NCBI GenBank assembly: GCA_965222375.1
Contig: CBDCTZ010000005.1
Span: 352,001-416,000 of the forward strand
DNA: 64,000 nt
Origin: Polyangiaceae bacterium
Lineage (GTDB): Bacteria > Myxococcota_A > Polyangia > Polyangiales > Polyangiaceae
Direction of reading: 5' to 3'
Shown: one piece after another, positions 57,513 to 64,000 of the stretch
Numbering within the stretch: the stretch's first letter is position 1
How the letters are laid out: each line of letters opens with the position of its first letter
Position numbers and translations under genes: made by a program
Notes under the pieces: model-generated
Seen by the model: only the letters and a program-made list of their open reading frames with translations
Told to the model about the DNA's origin: nothing
Databases searched by the model: none

Positions 57513-58366
57513 AGCAGCTCCCGAGTCTGCGTGCCGCCTTCCAGCGCTGGGATGCACTGGTTTTCGCCCTGGTGGTCCGCCTGGCCCTCTCAACGGTGAT
57601 CGGACTGCCCGTCGTAGGTGCACTACTCGCCACGGGCATCTCCAACTATCCCGACGCAGACTCCGCGATGTTTGGCGGGGGCGGTCTCATGCTGACGGAA
57701 GCGGTGCGGTTGAGTCTGGAAGGCCTAGGTGTTTTGACACAATTCACCTTGTTGCTCGCTGTGCTCGCAATCTTGGTGTCCTTGATTCCAACGGCTGTCG
57801 TCTTTCAGGCGCTCGCGGACCGTGAGCTGCCCCTGCCCCGGGCCCTGGCGCGGGCGATGGCAAAGTTGCCGACGCTATTCGCCGTCTACGCACTGTGCCT
57901 CTTGCTTCAAGTCTTGGTGGTCGCTGGCTCACTGATCTTGGCGGTCTCAGCGGCCAACGAATTGAGCTCGACTCTGACGGACCCCCAAGCCGACTTGTGC
58001 GGTGTTTCGCTACTCGCGTTGGGGTTGTTGCTTAGTTGCTGCATCGGCATCACCCGAGACCTAGCCTTCGCCGCGGCGACTAAGTCCCAGCACAACGCCT
58101 GGCGTGCGCTCTACGCGGGCGCTGGCGCGTTGCTCACACATCCTCTTCGCGTCGCCGTTGACTGGGCACGGTTCGCCGCCTGGCAAGTGGTCGTCGTTTT
58201 GGGGGCCGCTTGGCTGACGGGTATCATTCCGGTCGGCAGCGGCAGCACCACCGGCGCAGCCCTCAGCACTGGGCTCCAACTCGGCGTGTTGACGTCCATC
58301 ATCGTGCTGCGCGCGGCCTGGACCGTTCGCAGTCTCTGCCACACGCGAGCAGATGGCGTGGGCTGA
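57509..58366 (+). CDS. Multi-pass membrane protein
   Basis: About six hydrophobic segments; ATGA-coupled to the M1 peptidase. Confidence 0.75.
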   Translation: MKQLPSLRAAFQRWDALVFALVVRLALSTVIGLPVVGALLATGISNYPDADSAMFGGGGLMLTEAVRLSLEGLGVLTQFTLLLAVLAILVSLIPTAVVFQALADRELPLPRALARAMAKLPTLFAVYALCLLLQVLVVAGSLILAVSAANELSSTLTDPQADLCGVSLLALGLLLSCCIGITRDLAFAAATKSQHNAWRALYAGAGALLTHPLRVAVDWARFAAWQVVVVLGAAWLTGIIPVGSGSTTGAALSTGLQLGVLTSIIVLRAAWTVRSLCHTRADGVG

Positions 58367-58372
58367 GCTGTG

Positions 58373-59809
58373 TCAGCCAGCAGCAGCCATTGCCTGGCGG
58401 TAGATCTGCAACGTGCGTCGGGCGGGTCGATCCCAGCTGGAGTCTCGGCGCATCACGCGGCGGCGGAGCTCACTGAATTTGGCTCCTCGAAACGCGCTGA
58501 GCGCGCGGCCAACTGCGCCATGCAGGGCGGCGGCGGCGTCACCGTCGAAGAGGAAACCGCTGCCGCTCTTGAGCTGCTCGTCACAGTCCACGACCACGTC
58601 GAAGGCGCCGCCCGTCGCTCGAGTGACAGGCACCGCTCCGTAGCGCTGTGCCACCATCTGCTTGCCAGCGAAGGGCACGTGGCGATCTAGAGTGAGCGCG
58701 AAATCTGAAGCGGAAAGGACCCGACGCAGGGTTCCAGCGTCACTGCGACGGACCCACGCGAGCCGCTCACGGTGCTTTTCAAGCAGGGTCTCCAGTCGCT
58801 TCGTGGATGGCCCGTGCGCTTCCCCGGCCACGACCAGCGAAAGCTCCTGCTTCGTCAGCTTGGCCAGAACAGCCAGAAGCTGGTCGAAGCCCGCATCCTT
58901 GGTCAGCGGCCCGGTGAACGAAAAGAGCGGGCGCTCCAGGTCCAGTTCCAACTCCAGCTCACGCAACAACGCCGTCTTGCAGCGCCCCTTGTTCGAGGGA
59001 TCCTCCGCGTCGTATCGACTCGTGAGGGTGGCATCCGTGGCTGGGTTGAAGACGGCATAGTCGATGCCCCCCAAGATCCCCACGGGTGAGCGGTCCGAGC
59101 TCGCGATCACGTCGGCGATGGGTCCCGCGATATCCGAGTCTGCCATTTGCTGGGCGTAGGACGGACTCATTGTGGTCAGCGCACTAGCGAATTCGAGTGC
59201 GGTCTTGAGCAAGTTGAGTTTGCCTCCCAACCGCAGACGTTCATTGCCGGCCTGGGATTGGCTCAGCCCGAGGCCCTCGGCATCTTTCAGAGGGAGCACG
59301 ACCTGGCGCGTGAAATCGTGAACCGTGAAGATGCAGGGCACCGCCACGTCCTTTGCCTCAGCGAGGAGATACGGCACGAGCCCTGTCGCGGCGTCGTGAG
59401 CGTGCAACACATCCAAGGCCTGGCCCTGCTGCATGCGCTGGCGACAGACCCCAGCGGCAACCTGGGCAAGCAAGCCAAAGCGCTTGGCATTGTCTGGGAA
59501 ATCCTTGCCATCTTGCCCGTAGACTCCGGGACGGTCGAAGAGGACAGGGGCGTCGAAGGTGGTCAGCTGCACTCCGCTGGGCATCTGCGCGTCCAGCAAA
59601 GTCACCTCGGCACCGTCGGGCAGCAAGAGCGGCGTCAGCCGTCGGGCGAGGAGCACGCCGGAGGCCTCCAACCCGGGCACCCGCGGGCACACCACGGAGA
59701 CGTTGTGACCGAGGTGCTTCAGAGCCTTGGCGAGACTGGCCACCGCGGACCCTGCCTGGGTATAGCCGGCGCCCTCACCGAACTCGGCTGACACCATCAA
59801 GATATCCAT
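58373..59809 (-). CDS. Glycogen synthase (GT5) homolog with degenerate active site
   Basis: DILMVSAE, LFDRPGVYG..DFPDNAKRF, HAHD, GIDY..FNPATD, QM.AQRYGAVP; KTGG and EP motifs lost. Confidence 0.85.
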   Translation of the reverse strand: MDILMVSAEFGEGAGYTQAGSAVASLAKALKHLGHNVSVVCPRVPGLEASGVLLARRLTPLLLPDGAEVTLLDAQMPSGVQLTTFDAPVLFDRPGVYGQDGKDFPDNAKRFGLLAQVAAGVCRQRMQQGQALDVLHAHDAATGLVPYLLAEAKDVAVPCIFTVHDFTRQVVLPLKDAEGLGLSQSQAGNERLRLGGKLNLLKTALEFASALTTMSPSYAQQMADSDIAGPIADVIASSDRSPVGILGGIDYAVFNPATDATLTSRYDAEDPSNKGRCKTALLRELELELDLERPLFSFTGPLTKDAGFDQLLAVLAKLTKQELSLVVAGEAHGPSTKRLETLLEKHRERLAWVRRSDAGTLRRVLSASDFALTLDRHVPFAGKQMVAQRYGAVPVTRATGGAFDVVVDCDEQLKSGSGFLFDGDAAAALHGAVGRALSAFRGAKFSELRRRVMRRDSSWDRPARRTLQIYRQAMAAAG

Positions 59810-59913
59810 GGCGCCAGCGTGTATCATGGCCCTGCCCCCAGCGCACTGGCGCCGACGCCGAGCAACCCCCCACCCCGGGTCCGCAGCAAGCCGTAGAATC
59901 CACACCAGCTCCC

Positions 59914-60798
59914 ATGGACCAACTCGTTGAAAAAGCAGCGATTTTGCAGGAAGCGTTGCCCTACATCCGGCGCTTCCACAAGCGTGTCTTCGTCGTCAAG
60001 TACGGGGGCCACGCCATGGTGGACGAAAGCCTGAAGGCGAGCTTTGCGAGGGACATTTGCCTGCTTCGGTACGTGGGGATCTGCGTGGTTGTGGTGCACG
60101 GCGGAGGACCCCAGATCAGCCAGACCCTGAAACGCATGGGGATCGCCTCCACTTTCAACGGCGGGTTGCGGGTGACCGACGAGGAGACGATGGACGTCGT
60201 CGAGATGGTGCTGGGTGGCGGGGTCAACCAGAACATCGTCGGCCTGATTTGCCAGTTCGGGGGCCGGGCGGTCGGGCTGTCCGGAAAGGACGACCATTTC
60301 ATCAAAGCCAAACGCCTCGACGAACTCAAAGCCGATGCTGGGCCTGGAAACGCCAGGGTCGAGCTTGGCCGCGTGGGCAGCGTGCAGAGCGTGGATCCCT
60401 CGATCGTCCTGAACCTACTAGCCAGCGGCTTTTTGCCGGTCATTGCGCCTATTGGCGTCGACGCGGAGGGACACGCGTTGAACGTCAACGCGGATACCGC
60501 GGCGGGTCGTATTGCCAGCGAGCTCGGTGCCGCCAAGCTGGTGCTCATGACAGACGTGGAGGGCGTCAAAGATGGCAACGGCGAACTGCTCAGGTCGGTG
60601 GACACGCGCCAGGCGGACGAGCTGATTGCGGCCGGCGCCGTCTCGGGAGGCATGATCCCAAAGGTTCGCTGCGCACTCGATGCCGTCGAGGCGGGCGTGG
60701 AAAAGGTCCACATCGTCGACGGTCGTCACCGCCACGCCCTACTCCTGGAAATATTCACCGATCAAGGAGTGGGCACGGAGATTCGAGTCGCTCCGTGA
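59914..60798 (+). CDS. argB: Acetylglutamate kinase
   Basis: EALPYI, VKYGG, VHGGGPQI, GLRVTD, NVNAD, GGMIPK. Confidence 0.97.
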   Translation: MDQLVEKAAILQEALPYIRRFHKRVFVVKYGGHAMVDESLKASFARDICLLRYVGICVVVVHGGGPQISQTLKRMGIASTFNGGLRVTDEETMDVVEMVLGGGVNQNIVGLICQFGGRAVGLSGKDDHFIKAKRLDELKADAGPGNARVELGRVGSVQSVDPSIVLNLLASGFLPVIAPIGVDAEGHALNVNADTAAGRIASELGAAKLVLMTDVEGVKDGNGELLRSVDTRQADELIAAGAVSGGMIPKVRCALDAVEAGVEKVHIVDGRHRHALLLEIFTDQGVGTEIRVAP

Positions 60799-61817
60799 TC
60801 CGGCCTGGGGACAAGACTCCGCCCGCAGAGCGCCCAGTCGGCGTGGCCGAAGACGCGATCATGCGGGTGTTTCGGGTACCACCCGAGTCTGCCGGAATGC
60901 GCGTAGACCGCTTTCTGGCCTCCCAGCTCAGAAATACCAGCCGGACTCGCGCCAAGAGCATCGCAGAGCGCACGGCCTATCGCCTCGACGGGCGCCCGCT
61001 GAAACCCAGCGAGCGGGTTCGCGGTGAAGAGCACGTGGTTCTCTGGCGGCCCGCGTTCGAGGAACCCGACGAGGCCCTGCCCATCGTCGCCGTGTACGAA
61101 GACTCCCATCTCTTGGTCGTCGACAAGCCCCCGAACGTGGCCGTGCACCCCACTGCTCGTCACCATCACAGCACCGTGGTCAAGAGCCTAGAGGCCCAGC
61201 GACCCGGGGAGTTCTTCTCGTTGATCCACCGCATCGACCGAGAAACCAGCGGCTTGCTCATGGTGGCGCGTTCTGCGGAGGCCGATCGCGCCTTCAAAAG
61301 AGCCCTAGAGGATCGCAGCACTCAAGCAATGGCCGGCAAGCAGCTCGGTGGGATGCACAAGACCTACCAGGCGATCACTTCGGGCACGCCACCCGAAGGA
61401 CTGATCGAGCTGCCACTGGAGCTCGACACGGACAACTCCCTGCGAGTCAAGATGCGCGTCGCGCAGCCCGGCCAGGGCCTGGACGCCAAGACCCGCGTGA
61501 CAATCCTCGAGCGAAAGCTGGGCTATTGCCTGGTCGAATGCGAACTGCTCACAGGTCGGCAGCATCAAATCCGAGTGCACCTGGCTGCGAAGGGTTGTCC
61601 CTTGGTCGGGGACAAGCTGTACGGCCCCGACGAACGCATGCTGGCGCGTGCGGCGGACGGCGAGCTTTCCGAGGACGATCTGAAGCGATTGGAGCTACCC
61701 CGACACGCCCTGCATGCGCATCGCTACCGATTGGCCCATGCGTTGACCGGCGCAGCCCTGGACCTCGTCTCACCCCTGCCCCAAGATCTGCGAGTCTTCT
61801 GGGACGGTCGGCCGTGA
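60795..61817 (+). CDS. RluA/RluD-family pseudouridine synthase
   Basis: S4-like RVDRFL, VVDKP, HRIDRETSG, TGRQHQIRVH, GDKLYG. Start GTG 60795 or ATG 60861. Confidence 0.93.
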   Translation: MIRPGDKTPPAERPVGVAEDAIMRVFRVPPESAGMRVDRFLASQLRNTSRTRAKSIAERTAYRLDGRPLKPSERVRGEEHVVLWRPAFEEPDEALPIVAVYEDSHLLVVDKPPNVAVHPTARHHHSTVVKSLEAQRPGEFFSLIHRIDRETSGLLMVARSAEADRAFKRALEDRSTQAMAGKQLGGMHKTYQAITSGTPPEGLIELPLELDTDNSLRVKMRVAQPGQGLDAKTRVTILERKLGYCLVECELLTGRQHQIRVHLAAKGCPLVGDKLYGPDERMLARAADGELSEDDLKRLELPRHALHAHRYRLAHALTGAALDLVSPLPQDLRVFWDGRP

Positions 61818-61918
61818 GCGGCGCCAAAACGCCTCGGCCGCGGCGCACCTAGGGGCGAAGTCAGGCCACCGTGGGGGCCGTTGACGGCAGAGTCGCGCCT
61901 GGTTACGCGGCGCGTGTC

Positions 61919-63478
61919 ATGCCCATCCGCCGTGCCCTCCTGTCGGTCTCCGACAAAACTGGTCTGGTCGAACTCGCTCAGGCTCTGGTCCAACGCGACA
62001 TCGCCCTGCTGTCCACCGGCGGGACCGAGAAATTGCTTCGAGAGAGCGGTGTTCCCGTCACGCCCATCGACCGCTACACGGAGTCTCCTGAAGTCATGGA
62101 TGGTCGCGTCAAGACCCTTCACCCTCGGGTTCACGGCGGGCTGTTAGCGCGCGCTGGCGTCGACGATGCCGACCTTGCGAAGATCTCCGCCGACTTCATT
62201 GATTTGGTCGTAGTCAATTTGTACCCCTTTGCGGAAACCCTGAAGAAGCCCGGCACCAGCTTCGAAGAGCTGATTGAAAACATCGACATTGGTGGTCCGA
62301 GCATGTTGCGATCTGCCGCCAAGAACCACGCGCGCGTCAGCGTCGTCTGCGAACCCGGCGACTACCCGGAACTACTCCGCCTCCTGGAAGAACAGGGCGA
62401 AGTACCTGCGGATATACGCCGGCGTCTGGCTCACAAAGCGTTCGCTCACACCGCGGCCTACGACGCGATGATCAGCAACTGGCTGGGCGAGCAAGGCGAG
62501 ACGGATGGATTCTCGCGCACGCTCACCCTGCCCTTCGAGAAGGCCTACGCGCTTCGATACGGCGAAAACCCCCATCAAAAGGGCGCGTTCTACCGAGAGC
62601 GGGACGCTCTGCCGGGCAGCCTGGCGCGGGCGGAGAGCCTTGGAACCGGCGCCAAAGAACTGAGCTTCAACAACTTCGTGGACGTGGATGCCGCGCTGGA
62701 GGCCGTGCGCGAGTACTCGGAACCCGCTGCCGTGGTGGTCAAGCACGCGTCTCCTTGCGGCATCGCTACGGGCCAGAGCCTGTCCGTCGCCTACCACGCC
62801 GCACGCGAAGCCGATGCCATGAGCGCCTTCGGCGGAATTGTCGCGCTGAATCGCGAGGTGGACCTGAAGACCGCGGAACTGTTGGCCGAGACATTCCTGG
62901 AGTGCATCGTCGCGCCAGGGTTCGCCCCAGACGCCCTGGCGAGGCTGCGCAAGAAGAGTGCTCTCAGGCTCCTCGCGACGGGTCAATGGCTCGGTGCGGA
63001 TCACGAAGTTTGGATGACCAAACGTATCGGGGGCGGTATCGTCCTGCAGTCGAGGGATGCGACTGGCCCGGGAGAAGTCCGAGAAGGTCGCACTGTCACG
63101 AAACGCGAGCCGAGCGCGGACGAACGAAAAGCCCTGGACTTTGCCTGGAGTGCGGTCAAGCACGTTCGCTCGAACGCGATCGTCTTGGCCCACCAGGTTG
63201 GGGGTGCCTTCGCCACGAGCGGCATCGGCGGAGGCCAGACCGCTCGGGTCATGGCGGTGGAAATCGCCGTCAAGCAAGCCGGCGACAAGGCCAAACAGAG
63301 CGTGCTTGCGTCCGACGCCTTCTTCCCATTCCCCGATGGCGTGGAGGCGGCAGCTGCCGCGGGCGTAACCGCTGTCGTGCAACCCGGCGGCAGCAAGAAA
63401 GACAGCGAAGTCATCGCAAAGGCCGACGAACTCGGGCTTGCGATGATGTTCACTGGCGTTCGTCACTTCCGCCATTGA
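61919..63478 (+). CDS. purH: Bifunctional AICAR transformylase/IMP cyclohydrolase
   Basis: RRALLSVSDKTG, GRVKTLHP, IDIGGP, LRYGENPHQ, ASDAFFPF, RHFRH. Confidence 0.97.
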   Translation: MPIRRALLSVSDKTGLVELAQALVQRDIALLSTGGTEKLLRESGVPVTPIDRYTESPEVMDGRVKTLHPRVHGGLLARAGVDDADLAKISADFIDLVVVNLYPFAETLKKPGTSFEELIENIDIGGPSMLRSAAKNHARVSVVCEPGDYPELLRLLEEQGEVPADIRRRLAHKAFAHTAAYDAMISNWLGEQGETDGFSRTLTLPFEKAYALRYGENPHQKGAFYRERDALPGSLARAESLGTGAKELSFNNFVDVDAALEAVREYSEPAAVVVKHASPCGIATGQSLSVAYHAAREADAMSAFGGIVALNREVDLKTAELLAETFLECIVAPGFAPDALARLRKKSALRLLATGQWLGADHEVWMTKRIGGGIVLQSRDATGPGEVREGRTVTKREPSADERKALDFAWSAVKHVRSNAIVLAHQVGGAFATSGIGGGQTARVMAVEIAVKQAGDKAKQSVLASDAFFPFPDGVEAAAAAGVTAVVQPGGSKKDSEVIAKADELGLAMMFTGVRHFRH

Positions 63479-63630
63479 CGACAGTCCCCGTAGCGGCGAG
63501 GCAGTGGCCCGCCGCCCGCAGGTAGCCGGGCCATACGTCCGGGCACAAAACTTGGCCGAATTTTGCCTTGCGTGTCATTCGGGCCAGGTGCGCTTCGATA
63601 ACCACATCGAGCGCTGCCAAGGCCTGATAC

Positions 63631-64000
63631 ATGCGCCGACCCTGCTCCATCTGCTCAGACACCTTCAACGTTCAGTTCAGCTACCAGATCGAACAGCGGG
63701 AGACCGAGGGCGGCTCCGCCGCACCGTTCAGCTATTTCTGCTCCCAGCGCTGTCTGGAGGAGAGCCACCGCGGGCGTGGCGGGGCGGTCCAGTGTGATGC
63801 CTGCCAGGGATCCTTTGTGGTTGAGCTGGCGGCCCACGTCATCTTCGCCGGCGGCACCCGACGCTATGCCTGTAGCCCCGAATGCCGCAGTCAGCTGTTG
63901 CCACAACGTCGTGAGCTTCGAGGTGGCGGCGCCGCCGAAAGCCCGCTGCGACTCGTCCCGACACCCGATGTCGCGCCCGCTCCGACTCCACGCCAGGGCC
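63631..64000 (+). CDS. Protein with two N-terminal TRASH/zf-FCS-like zinc fingers, truncated by the window edge
   Basis: Not in the ORF track. Manual translation: MRRPCSIC...YFCSQRC...CDAC...YACSPEC then a Pro-rich linker. Confidence 0.75.
   Translation, partial: MRRPCSICSDTFNVQFSYQIEQRETEGGSAAPFSYFCSQRCLEESHRGRGGAVQCDACQGSFVVELAAHVIFAGGTRRYACSPECRSQLLPQRRELRGGGAAESPLRLVPTPDVAPAPTPRQG

Overview
GC-rich, gene-dense chromosomal segment, most consistent with a myxobacterium (Myxococcota, Polyangiaceae-like). That call rests on a MYXO-CTERM protein, Gly-rich lipoproteins, Hanks kinases with PEGA domains, a giant TPR protein, an MglA-like GTPase and a PilR/pilin cluster. It holds about 50 CDS plus tRNA-Leu(CAG). 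I saw no CRISPR array, transposase, integrase or prophage. Housekeeping genes: lhr, hutI, pyrC, carA, rimO, dnaK paralog, argB, RluA-family synthase, purH. Best leads: (1) four paralogous pilin-like genes sharing a C-terminal Dx[DN]x[DN]G motif, with two sigma54 promoters, a palindromic enhancer, a 5' hairpin and a terminator around the major pilin; (2) a divergent MglB/Roadblock-like protein with a large insertion upstream of a 1795-aa TPR gene, plus an orphan extended MglA-like GTPase; (3) a full-length glycogen synthase with eroded catalytic motifs; (4) a DnaK flanked by an HPD->HTD J-protein and a second protein sharing its wHTH-like module; (5) a five-gene ATGA-coupled ECF operon divergent from a zinc-ribbon rhomboid; (6) a DHH-DHHA1-CBS gene coupled to a stand-alone DnaB/RecA-fold ATPase. 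All family calls come from reading motifs by eye; no database searches were run, and start codons are best estimates.
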